Positions 12,571 to 23,383 of a DNA stretch of 64,000 bases are shown here, piece after piece. The notes under the pieces were generated by a model. The model made no database searches and was not told the DNA's origin. It worked only from the letters and a program-made list of their open reading frames with translations. Every line of letters starts with the position of its first letter. Position 1 is the first letter of the stretch. Source of the DNA: Sminthopsis crassicaudata (Eukaryota); contig NC_133622.1 in NCBI RefSeq assembly GCF_048593235.1, forward strand, positions 250,360,055-250,424,054. The letters are read 5' to 3'. The translations under genes and the position numbers were made by a program.

Positions 12571-13715
12571 AAAAATAGGTGCTTCTTGACAAACACTACC
12601 CTGAAATCCCACAATCTCCCAGATGATGGGCAGATAGAGGAAAACTACGCTCCAGCCCCTGTGAACTTGGCTTGTCCCCCGCTTTCTCCACAAAGGGGGA
12701 AACTGAGGTTTAGAGCATCGAAGGTGGTCCGCCACCTTGCTAAGGGTAGGTAGGGATACAGCCAATGAGTCTCATTGCCTCAGACCAGCGTCTCCCCACC
12801 TTGTCCGTCCCTGCCCCTCAAACTTCCCTCATCTAACTTTGGGGCTCCTTAAGGTGGCTCCCATTTCAGGGTGTATAGACTGGCAGGCCTCCCCTCCTCT
12901 AGTCCTTCCCCTTCCCCCCTAATCCCGGGAACTATTTCTGCACGGAAAGGGGACAAGGGGGAAAGTGGGGTTGGTCGTGCATAGGCCCAATGGGGGCCTG
13001 AGTGTGGGTTCTGCCACCTGGATGGCTGCCCCTTCCCCCCAGGGGCCTTGCTGAAGCCTGAGGAAGCCAGTACCAATGGACGGTGAAGGCCTGCCTCCCC
13101 TCCCCCCCAGCACCTTCCTCCCCTCCTCCACCCCCCTCCCCCTCCCCACCGACCAGGCCGGCTCCTTCAGTTCAAGGCGGGCCAGGGTCAGGTCTCTCGA
13201 GCTGAGAGTCCTCCTCCGGACACCCCCCGCGTCCTGACCCCTAAGGCCGGGCCAGAGCTCGAATGGCTGCACTGGACCAAAGCAGGGCTAGGGCCATGGA
13301 GCAGGAGCTGGAAGAGAGCTCAGAGGGAGCAGCCGAGTGTTTTATAGGTGGGGAACGGAGGCCCCCAGAGCTCCCAGGGATGTTCCCATCACAGTATCGG
13401 AAGTGGGCCTTTCACCCAGGCCTGCGCGCTTCCCATGCCAGCGGGAGTGCCGAGGCTGGCCCAGGGCCCTCTTTCCCTGTGAATCACTCCTTTGGCCTCT
13501 GGGATGGGACCAAGCCTTATTTCCTGGGGGAGGGGGGGGGGGGAGAAGGGGGGGCGACCTCTCCCAGGCTCCAATCTCTTCAATCTCAGCCTTATCTCTC
13601 AGTGGGTGTCCCTGCCCTTGAATCACTGGGGAGGGGCTGGGGCCAGGATCCAGGGGGTTGTTCCCACAGCCACCCCCAGACACAGGCCCACAGCAGGTGC
13701 GGGGATAGCTAAGGT

Positions 13716-13721
13716 TTTATT
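13716..13721 (-). terminator. AATAAA poly(A) signal of the 5-exon gene
   Basis: tttatt, 7 nt beyond the TAA stop. Confidence 0.65.
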
Positions 13722-13728
13722 GGGGGCA

Positions 13729-15766
13729 TTAAGAAGGGTGAGATACAGAACCCTGGCGTGGAGCCTTCTTGTGCAGCCCCTCCCTCCCGGGTGCGCCCAG
13801 AACCCCCACATCATCCCCCTCCCACAGCTCTGGGCCCGCCCAGGGCACGGGGGAGACCGGGGAGCCGCTGGGGGCCTCGTTCAGAAGGAAGAACACAGGA
13901 GGTCCTGGGGGCCTGGCGGCCAGCCGGGAGACCTGCAGGGGGGATGGGCATGAGCTTGGAGGGGCAGCGGGGGCTGGCTATCCCCACCTCCGCCCTCCTC
14001 AGGACGGCCCCGGCCCCTCCCGATCCCAGCCCAGGGTCTCACCAGGCTTTGGAGTTTCTCCTCCAGGTCTCGGTGAGCCTTGTGGGTGCTGGCCAAGTCC
14101 TCCTGCAGCCTGGGGGTGGGGGGGAGAAGCCCTTCAGAGTTCCTCCCTCCCAGCCATCCGTGCACCTCAGACTCTGGGATCCGGGCTGTGCCCAAGGAAG
14201 GATCCGCAGCGAAACGCCCGGGGGGCCCCAGCCCTCCCTTCATATCTGCCATCACATCCCCCTGCCAGCCCCTCGTCTTCTCCGGCCTGTGGCCATCCTG
14301 GCTGATCTCTGTCCTTGCTCCACCCCTCGACTCCCTGAAGTCCCGGAGCCGCAGCGGGCAGCCGAAGGGCGGGTGGGCCGCTCCGTGCCCGTGGGGTGCC
14401 GGCCCAGAGGTCGGCCTCCCCCGCCGGGGTCACCATAAAACTTGGGGGCAAATAGCCAAGCTCCCGTTCCGGCCCTTTTCTCCCGGCCCCGCTGGGTCGG
14501 GCGAGTCCGTTTTATCCCTGCACGGACAGACTGAGGTTCACTCGGGGGCCGCAGGAGTCAGGGCCAGAAGGGACCCCAGAGTCTAAACCTCACTTGACAA
14601 ATAAAGCCAAACCCAAGGCCTGGAGAGATTCGTCCCCCCCACAGACGGGCACGCCGCTTTTGGCTTCAGCTTGCCTGCTTTTCCCATGTGCCGCCACTGC
14701 CTGCAGGGTCCTTGACCCAGGTTCGCCCCCACCCTAGCACTCCAGTGGGGGCTTCTCAATGCTCGCCTTACCTCAGGAACTGCTCCTTGAGGGTCCTCAG
14801 CTCCTCCCACACCTGCCACAGGTGGAGCTTGGGATCGCCATCTTCTTCTGTGGATCCCATGTCCAGCGAGCCCCTGGGGGGAGGAGGCAGGCTTGAGGGA
14901 AGGCTGGGGGCACGCAGCTCTAATGAAATAAGACATCCCTGCTCCACAAAGCCTCCCCCATTCCCCCACCGGCAAAGTCCCTCCTCCCCACAGCCACACG
15001 CGGACGCCCGCACGCGGGCTTGCTGTCCCCTGGTGCGTGGAGCACTTCTCAGTCTGGCCGCCCGAGCTCTAGGAGGACGGGGACATCGGGACAGGCCCTG
15101 CCCGCGGGAGACGCTGAGAGTGTTTGTTGAATGAGCGAACGCAGGCTCCTGGCGGGAGCGAGACCATGGGGGGAAGGAGGGGAAAGGCAGCCGGGAGCAG
15201 GAAACTGGGAAAGAGCACAAGGGAGAGCTGGAGCTGCCCCCCACGCTCCCAGCCCTCCACTCACCCTCCCGGAGCAGGCAGATCTGGGTGCGTCTGCATC
15301 TCAGACAGCTGCTCCTCCAGAAAAGCCGGCTGAAAAACAAACAGGATGGGGCAGCGGAGGGCAGGGATCGGCAGGGAACGGCTGCCCCAGGCTTCCTCCC
15401 CTCCCCTTCGCTTACCTGGCTCGGGGGCTCTGCCCTCTGTCTTTCCCCGGGAGGAGCATATCCGAGCTGGTCCAGGGCCCCCTTCCAGCCCAGAGCCCGG
15501 AGCTGAGCAGGACTCAGCACCCTCTGCGTTACCTCGTCAAGGAAAGCAGAAAACCTCAGCCTCTCCCCCGGGCCCCGGCCACCAATCAGGGGTCCCCTGC
15601 GCGGCTCGGGGGGGTGACCCGAGGAGCCCAGGGAGGAGGAAGGTGAGCTCTGCGAGGATTCCTGTGCCCAGGCCCCAGGAGGCTGGAAGAACTTTTCTAG
15701 GACCTTCAGTTTGCCCTCAGCCACTCCCGGAGCGCCCCTTGCCCAGGCCCCTAACCTCTGGCTCAT
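13729..15766 (-). CDS. Unexpected 5-exon gene, 262 aa, with a coiled coil resembling TJAP1/BEGAIN
   Basis: Exons 15416-15766 (ATG in gacaccATG context), 15265-15329, 14772-14873, 14043-14109, 13729-13932; all GT-AG with phases 0/2/2/0 matching; TAA followed by AATAAA at 13716-13721. Segment LHLWQVWEELRTLKEQFLR|LQEDLASTHKAHRDLEEKLQSL. Family call is from memory; an additional upstream exon is possible (acceptor near 15844). Confidence 0.7.
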
Positions 15767-16584
15767 GGTGTCTGCCGCGTACTCGGCCAAGGCCGTCCTC
15801 TTCTGGGGCCCTGACCCCTTTCTGGCTCTCCCCCGCCCGGAGTCTGGGGAGAGCAGCCCTGCAGCCGGAGCTCATCAATATTCTCTTGAACATTTGCCAA
15901 ACGTGGGGAATAGGCTCGGTTATGTCAATACCTTCAGGGACATGTATTGAGGGCTGACCTCCATCCTAGCCCTCTGACCTTGGAGAAGCCGGCCCTGGCT
16001 TTTGTGAGGCTGACTCGTCTCGCTCTGCTCTCAGGAGTGGGAGGCCCGGCCCTGCTTTTGGATTAGATGGGCACCTCTGAGATGGCTCTTAATGGGCCAT
16101 GGTCTAGAACAGTGCTTTGCACTGGGTCTGATTGAGCTGCTCCCCAACTCAATCATCTCCCATGAGCAGGAACAAAGCGGGCTCATCGGTCATGTAACGC
16201 CTTCCTGAACTCGTCCTGGGCCAGCGGGCCAGTTGTGGTGCTGCTCCTCACGCCTCGGGACGGCCAGGACAGCCTCAGTGTGTCCTCGGGATGACCAGGC
16301 TGGCCCCGGTGCTGTTCCTCGTGCCCATGAATCCTGCCTCGTCTTCAGGCCCATGTCCTCCCTGTCCAGGGCAGTCTCCTGACCTCTTAGACCTCCATTT
16401 TCCTTGGAAGCTCAGTGCCACACTGCCCCCCAACCCCCCAATAGCGTAAGCTGCTTGGAGGCACGTACCACTGGAAAAACTATTTCCTCAATTGCCCCTT
16501 GTACTGAATTGACCTTAGCGGGGCCCATGGGCCCAGGCCCAACCTCCGCGAAACCAGACACAAAACAGAGATGGAAGTAAGCGG

Positions 16585-16590
16585 TTTATT
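16585..16590 (-). terminator. AATAAA poly(A) signal ending the about 1.35-kb CDCA5 3'UTR
   Basis: tttatt at 16585-16590; first canonical signal I found downstream of the stop at 17942. Confidence 0.55.
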
Positions 16591-17941
16591 CAGCTTTTAA
16601 AACAAAACCTCCACCTTCTAACAATTACAACACTGAGCCCCTGCTGGGGAAGAGAAAGTCCTTACTGAGGTGGCTAATGATTGCTTCTCGCCTCTGGCCT
16701 GGGCACACAGGGCAGCCATCTCTGTGCACAAGAGCGAGACATGTACCAGCCAGTGACGCGACCTGGCTCCCGGCCCTCTCCCCCTGCATCCCTTCTGGAT
16801 TCATGGTACGTTTCACTGCGGGCCAAGATGCACTTCGGGGCTGGCTTTATTCCTGCCCAACAGGGGCGTGTCTGCAGTGCAGACAGACCTGTCCGTGCGG
16901 AGTCTCACATGATTGGAGAGGCAGGAGATGGCACGAGCTGGGCCTGGGAACCAGCGCTGGTGCCTCCAGACATCCCTGCAGCCCAGCCTCGGCACATCCT
17001 CCTCTTGATCTGAAGCTGGGTTTTCGCCAGAGACCACACTCTGATTCACCAAACTATAAGCCGGATTAAAATATAACTGGAAAACATTTTACAGGATAAA
17101 GTAAATCATCAATACTCATCATTTAGGTCCATCTGTTTGACTCCCGGGCCAAGGCTGAGCCCACAAGGTCGTCAGGAAGGGCAAGCAGTGCCACCTGGTG
17201 GTCAGTGGGAGACTTCTAATCGCCTCACCCTCCTTTGTGCTTCTGGGACACGACCAGCCGGGTCTTCCTCTCTGCAGACCTTCCCCTGGACAGGTCATCT
17301 AAGAGGGGTGATTCACCTTGACCTAACACATCTGTCCCATCACTTTACAAACTGTCTCTTCAAAAGGAAGCAGCAGGGGATGGTCCTGGAGGAGAGCACA
17401 ACGCCATCTCCCATGTGCCTCCCAGGAACAACAGGGCCCTCCCCGCCACAGGAAAGCTGGTGGGGACTATGGGAAAGGAAGGTTGAGGACAGGGAGACAG
17501 AATGAGAAGAATGAGAGCTGGAGGAAGCAGTGCTGTGCAACAGGGGGTGGCGGGGGCCCCACTCCACCCCCCAGCTCCCTTCCCCAACAGCCTGCTTCCT
17601 GTCACCTCTGCATCTTCCAGCCGCCACCTTAATTCTTCCTGGCTAAAACCTGGGAAAGAGCCAATGAGGCACCTCAAGAAATCCAAAGACACCCGGATGC
17701 GCCCGACCGCTGTCCACACGGCCGCTAAGAAACGGCAGTCCTCAACGACACCCCCATCCCCGCAGCCTGCCGGGTGCCCACAGGGCACAGGGACCCAGGG
17801 GGCTCAGAGGGCAAATGCCAGTGCCCCGCAGGAGTAGGGCAGACAACAAGGGCGGTCTAGAGTGCTAGAAAGGGGTGAACAAAGAAGGAACACTATGTAC
17901 AGGGAGGGGGCGATCCAGTCCAAATATCCTCTTCATCCACC

Positions 17942-20900
17942 TCACTCCACCAGGAGATCGAACTTCTCGGCAGCCTCAAACTGGGCGTTCATGGCGGCGG
18001 CCCACTCATCCAGCTCTGACTTCTGCAAGGATGAGAGGGGGTGGGTGAGCGGGGGGAGACAGCCAACGGCCCTTCCCCCCCAAGCCGAGCGGCTGTTTCA
18101 GACACTTCAGACAGAAGGTGAAAGAAAGGAGATGTGGGTAGTTCTTGGAGGACCCCGATCTGGAAGAATGAGGCCCTCAGGGCTCCTGCCTGCCCAGAGA
18201 TCACGGAGTGGGAGCAGAGAGGAGCCTCATTGTAAAGTGCCCGGACATCAGGGAGGGACAAGAGCTCTAGCAGCAGGTGAGCACAGCCCAGCACAAGAAA
18301 ACCATGAGAAAAGGGAAAGGCCTCAGGGTGAGAGAGGAGCGTTCCATTGGGAGGAAAGGAAGGAGTGCCAGGCTCCCGTGGTCTGACTGACTAGCAGAAG
18401 GGGGCAGAAACGGCCCCCCCAAAGCTTTCCTTGGGACTGGAGATGAGCCAGGAGACAGAGCCCTTCACAAGGACCCCGGGTCCCTTGCAGACAAAGGCAG
18501 AATAAGGCCCAGGAGAACGTGGCGGCCGAGGCTGGCGTGAGATGCCTTCGTTTCGGCAGAGGCGGGGGACTACGGCTACAGCAGGTGAACAGGCCAAGCC
18601 TGGTCATGTTGGACTTTTGGGTTTCTGTGTCAAACCACATTCAGAAAGGCTCGACTTTGCTTCCTGGCAAAATCCAGAGCACGTAAAAAAGGGGAGGTTT
18701 GTGGGCACTGGGAACGGGAAGCCGAGACTACAAGGAGCCAGCGGGGCTTCGTCAAGCAGGGGTCCCACCAGCTTCGCCTTCGAGCTGTGGGACCGGGTAA
18801 ATGCCCGAGTACAGAATGGACAAGGCCTTCCATGAGGACTGGATGACCATAGTGCCCTCGAGTCATCCCCTTGTCAAAGGGTCAACAGCTAGACAACCTC
18901 AGGGTGGCGAGGGCCCAGGAGCCCTCGCTGGCACCCCCTCCCCCCCATGGTTTATCAGCAATCCGGATGAAGGCAGAGGGACAGGAGTAGCAGATGGGGG
19001 GATGGGCTAGCTGGTGCCATAGCTAACATGATGGATGTCTGAAGTAGGATCCAAAAAGGCTGAAAGGGGCTGCAAAGAAATGCAAAACCCCTCCTGGGGG
19101 TCGCTGAGCCGAGCCCCACAAAATGGGGAGTGTGTGAGCTCGGCGTCAGTTAAAGGGGAGACGCGGTAGCCAGGATGCTAACAAGAGTGTAAGTGGCAGG
19201 CAGACATTCAGCAGGAGGGAAGAGATTCCCACCATCCTCTGCCTGGTCAGATTCCCCATTCAGGGACGGGGGGAACCTCACTTTGAACCTCACTTTAAGG
19301 ACCCTGCCAAGTGAATTCTGTCTCCAGGTGGGTGTCTGACAGACCAGAGCCCCCAACTGCCTGATCCAAGGGACAGCAAAGATCTGACTAGAGCAGAGGA
19401 GGCGGCCGAGCTGAGCCCCCTCCCGGCACTGTCGTTTAGACCAAGGCTGGACGGTACCACAGGGAAGCTCGGTGCAAGGAGACTCGTGGGAATCAGAGCT
19501 GCCCGTTTAGAAGGGGTAGGGAGAGGTGCAGCGTCTGCCTCCGGCTCACAGGGCGTCAGCCGACAAGCTGGGGGAAGTGCTCACCAAGATCTCGGGCACC
19601 TTCCTCTTCCGGCGCTTCTCCTTGGTCATGGGGATGCCGGGGAGGATGGAGTCCGGCCCCCAGGCCTCCGTGCTGGGGGCGGCTGCTGGGTGTTTCGACT
19701 CCTTCACCACCGGGGAGACGTTCTCCAGCTCCTCTCCCGAGAGCAGCCTCTCAAAGCCAAAGAAGGACCGGCGCTGGTAGTTGGGTGTCGAGGTGGAGCC
19801 CAAGCCCAGCTCGTCGAGGCGGCTGTAAGAACGCCGAACCTTCCTGGACATCTCCAGGTCTCTGGCATCCATGAGAGGTGGCCTGGCGACGGCATTGGGG
19901 GTCAGAGGGCCTAACACTGTGGGGGTCACTTCTGGAGCTGGGCCCGTGGCGAGAGAAGAGCCGCCTTTATGGAGGGGGACATTTTCCTGCAGAGGGGGCG
20001 AGTTCTCCTTCTCCGAAAGTGTGACCTGTAGGAGGAAGTCAGAGGCAGAGGAAAGGGAAAAGCATGGGGAAGGGCTCTGCAGACATGGGCCCCTCCCCCC
20101 CAGCACCTGGTTCTCCGGCCTAGCACCTACATGTGGGCGGTCCTGACACTGCTTTCCTTGCCACCACCTCCCCGCACCCTTGGTTTCCATGACCACCACA
20201 AAATCCCCACTGTCTAAAGTCTCCCGGGTCTCTGCCTCGATGCACTGCGGACACCAACCCTTCTGCCCAACCCCGTTCCCGAGGCCCTGCTCCCAAGGCT
20301 GGGCCGCCCATACACGGCGCAGAGTACGGACGGAAAGCTCCCCGAAGGAGTCTCGCTGTGGGGAGTCCGGAGAGGCCCCGTGTAGAGGGAGAAAACCGAG
20401 AGGCAGAAGTGAACCAAGCGAGGCCGGAGCCCGGCTCCAGGTTAGTTCACGGGGGACGGTTAGTGTAAGAAAACTGGGGGGACAAGAAGGGCTTGGGAGG
20501 CCAAAGAGAGCGAGAGAATGCGGCTGGAGCCCCGTGAGCAGGGCCTGGGTGCACCCGTGTCCCCCAACTAAGTGCCTGGGGGGCCTCAGCCTCTGACTCC
20601 TTGAGGGGAGGGAGGACGGGGGCAGAGACGTCAGCCTGGCTGAGTCCAAGCCCGTGGTGTTTCCCTGACTCTGCTGTCTACACAACAACGTGCAAACAAT
20701 CAGGGCACTTGAGCCTTTTACTGCCCCCCCATTTCCCCCCAAGGGATTCATACCCTACCCCAGCTAGATAGGGGCCTCCCTACCTACTATTCTCAGCCCG
20801 CCCAACTTCAAGCGTGAACCACCCGCCCGTCACTGGGAAGGCCCTCGTGGCCTCCGACTGAAAACCATTGCTCCTGCCTTCAGACTTCTCCCGGCACTCT

Positions 20901-23326
20901 GCCAACCCCCCCAGACTGTGGACCCCCTCCTTTGCATCTGGCCGGAAGCTCGGGGGAGCCAGGTCCGGCTCCACAGGCCTGCTTAAGCTGATGCTTGTGT
21001 CTCGGATGCCCCGGCCCCGACTCCCCTCTGTCCCACCCACGACACCCGTTTGACAGAAAGCGCTCGCTGGACTCTCACGTTCCCGGCTCCCGGTCTCTGC
21101 TGGGGGCACGAGGCGCAGGGTGGCGACGAAAATAGAACAAAGGTTCCTTCCACGCGCCAGAGTGACGTCGTGGAAGGCCCGACCTTCCCTGAGACGTAAA
21201 CCCGCGGCCTCACCTCTGCAGACAGGGACGCCTTCTTCTTGGCTGCGGACCGGCCTCCTCGGGGGCTGGGACTCTGGGACTGAGAGAAGACAGAGGTGAA
21301 GGAAGGCCGGGAGCCGGGGGGAGGATGGGGACTGCGGCCCCCTCTCCCTCACGGAGACGACCCCCGGGCTGCAGGAAAAGCCCACAGAGAAGAGGCTCCC
21401 GAGAGGGAGAGCGTCTCTGCTTAAGCCTCTGGGCGTCTTCCGGCACCCACAGCTCAGCAGAGTCTCCTCGGTCAGAGGCCGCCGCCGCCGCCTTAGGATT
21501 CACGAGAAACGTGGACCGGGCGTCCGTGGTTTTGTCCCCGTGGCAGCAGTGAGAGGGAGGCGCCGCTAGCGTCCCCGTGGGGGGGAGGGGCAGAAGTGGA
21601 CAAACAACAAGCGGCTTTCCTAGGACCGCACAAAGGGGAGGGGGGGCGCCGCTACGCTTGAACTTGGGCCTTTGTTGTTCTGCTTAACCGCCCGTTGCCG
21701 TGGGGGAAGGGGAAAGAAGCGGAGAGCGGTGGGACAGACCACTGGACTTGGGAAGGGGGGGGGCTCACCTCCTGGGTCCTGGCCACCAGCTTCTTCACCG
21801 AGATGGCTCTCCCGGCTACAGCGGGGGCGGCCTGAGGGAGAAGATCATCAGAGACTGGTTCCGAGGCGGAGGGAACGAGTCAGGGCCACGGGGAAGGAGG
21901 CTCACCTCAGGGGTCCGGGGCTCACTCCTCTCTGCGGGAATCTGGGGGCTGCTTCTCTTAGCCCGGGAGCCGGGCACGCCCTTGTCGGTGGGAGCCCCAG
22001 GAGCGCTCTTCCCTGCGGGGGTCTGGGGCGCACTCCTCTCCACAGGAGTCTGGGGCGCACTCCTCTTGGCTGGGATGGACTTCTGGATTCTGGGGGAGGG
22101 GGCCTAGCCCAGAGAAGGATGAGGAGAGGTATCAGCAGCAGAAGGGCAGAGGGGATTGTGGGGGGAGGGGCTGAGGGTGCAGTCTGTCTCACCTCGGGGG
22201 TCCGGGGCGCACTCCTCTCTGCGGGAATCTGGGGGCTGCTTCTCTTAGCCCGGGAGCTGGGCGCGCCCTTGTCGGTGGGAGCCCCAGGAGCGCTCTTCCC
22301 TGCGGGGGTCTGGGGCGCACTCCTCTTGGCTGGGATGCGGGACTCACTCCTCTCTGCGGGGGTCTGGGGAGCACTCCTCTCTGCAGGGGTCTGGGGCGCC
22401 TTCCTCTCTGCGGGGGTCTGGGGAGCACTCCTCTTGGCTGGGATGCGGGACGCACTCCTCTCTGCGGGGGTCTGGGGAGCACTCCTCTCTGCAGGGGTCT
22501 GGGGCGCCTTCCTCTCTGCGGGGGTCTGGGGAGCACTCCTCTTGGCTGGGATGCGGGACTCACTCCTCTCTGCGGGGGTCTGGGGAGCACTCCTCTTGGC
22601 TGGGATGCGGGACGCACTCCTCTCTGCGGGGGTCTGGGGAGCACTCCTCTTGGCTGGGATGCGGGACTCACTCCTCTCTGTGGGGGTCTGGGGAGCACTC
22701 CTCTTGGCTGGGATGGACTTCTGGATTCTGGGGGAGGGGGCCTAGCCCAGAGAAGGATGAGGAGAGGTATCAGCAGCAGAAGGGCAAAGGGGATTGTGGG
22801 GGAGGGGCTGAGGGTGCAGTCTGTCTCACCTCGGGGGTCCGGGGCGCACTCCCCTTCGCCGCTGGAGGCCCGGGCCCTATCTTCTTCAGGGAGAAGGTTT
22901 TCCAGGGGGCAGGCGTGGAAGGCTGGAACAAGGCAGGCGAGGTCAAAGGTCATCTTTAGGGCAAGGTGGAGCTGGGGAAGGGGGGGCGGGGTCTCCCCAG
23001 GACTGATCCATAGGCTGGAAAAGGGCTCACCTGGGGAGGGGCGTCAGGCTCCGATCCGGACTTCCGCTGGGACCTCCTCAGAGCCGGAGCCCGAAGGGGC
23101 GGGGACGCGGGGTCTGAGGAGGGAATGGGGGGGTGATTAATAGGAGGCCAGGCTCCAGCCGGGCCGCCCCGCCCCCGCTGCCCCGCCCCCAGCCCTCGGC
23201 CCGCGCTCGCTCGCCCCCTCCGCCCCCGCCCCGGGTCCTTCCCTCACCGGAGCGTCTCGCCCCACCCCCTCCTCGCTCTCCCGCGGCCCCGGAGCGGCTG
23301 TGGCTCCGGTTCCGTCTCGCCGACAT
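17942..23326 (-). CDS. CDCA5: Sororin (cell division cycle associated 5), predicted about 550 aa with repeat-expanded N-terminus
   Basis: Exons 23248-23326 (MSARRNRS..), 23031-23113 (LRRSQRKSGSE), 22830-22922, 22193-22741, 21906-22103, 21769-21831 (RAISVKKLVA), 21214-21279 (uncertain), 19585-20025 (KEN box, RRSYSRL, RRSFFGF, KRKVPEIL), 17942-18022 (KSELDEWAAAMNAQFEAAEKFDLLVE*). Head-to-head with ZFPL1 as in human. Confidence 0.92.
21906..22103 (-). CDS. CDCA5: CDCA5 extra exon, short paralog of 22193-22741 (66 aa)
   Basis: Same acceptor, donor GAG|gtgagc; 198 nt, phase 0-0. APSPRIQKSIPAKRSAPQTPVERSAPQTPAGKSAPGAPTDKGVPGSRAKRSSPQIPAERSEPRTPE. Confidence 0.75.
22193..22741 (-). CDS. CDCA5: CDCA5 extra exon made of twenty 27-bp units (183 aa)
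   Basis: Polypyrimidine acceptor ctctcctcatccttctctgggctag and donor GAG|gtgaga; 549 nt, phase 0-0, no stop codons. Reads APSPRIQKS followed by IPAKRSAPQ, TPAERSAPQ and TPAERSESR-type units, ending TPE. Confidence 0.75.
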
Positions 23327-23383
23327 CTCAAGCCGCTCGCGCGCCGACGGAAAACCGCCTTCAGCGGAGAAGAGCGCGGAACG

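Larger units (their letters stand above)
21900..22860. repeat. 27-bp tandem repeat (gcactcctctctgcgggggtctgggga) plus duplicated intron-exon block
   Basis: Introns 22104-22192 and 22742-22829 are near identical; 54-bp and 108-bp higher-order periodicity within the array. Confidence 0.95.

Noticed and set aside
19546-20751. 401-aa minus-strand ORF
   Set aside because: Only 19585-20025 is exon; the rest is intron read-through. A weaker exon candidate near 20304-20345 (RDSFGELSVRTLRR) has a poor donor and no homology.
21900-22741. Regular short repeats superficially like a CRISPR array; also 28330-28697
   Set aside because: Eukaryotic DNA, contiguous units without unique spacers, and no cas genes.
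21672-22745. 357-aa plus-strand ORF of hydrophobic ALLSAGVWG repeats that looks like a multi-pass membrane protein
   Set aside because: It is the antisense mirror of the CDCA5 27-bp repeat. A stop-free unit keeps several frames open; the TTG start is weak and the splice signals favour the minus strand.
22189-22953. 254-aa minus-strand ORF of QPRGVLPRPP repeats
   Set aside because: Alternative frame of the same repeat that runs through an intron; it does not fit the CDCA5 exon phases.
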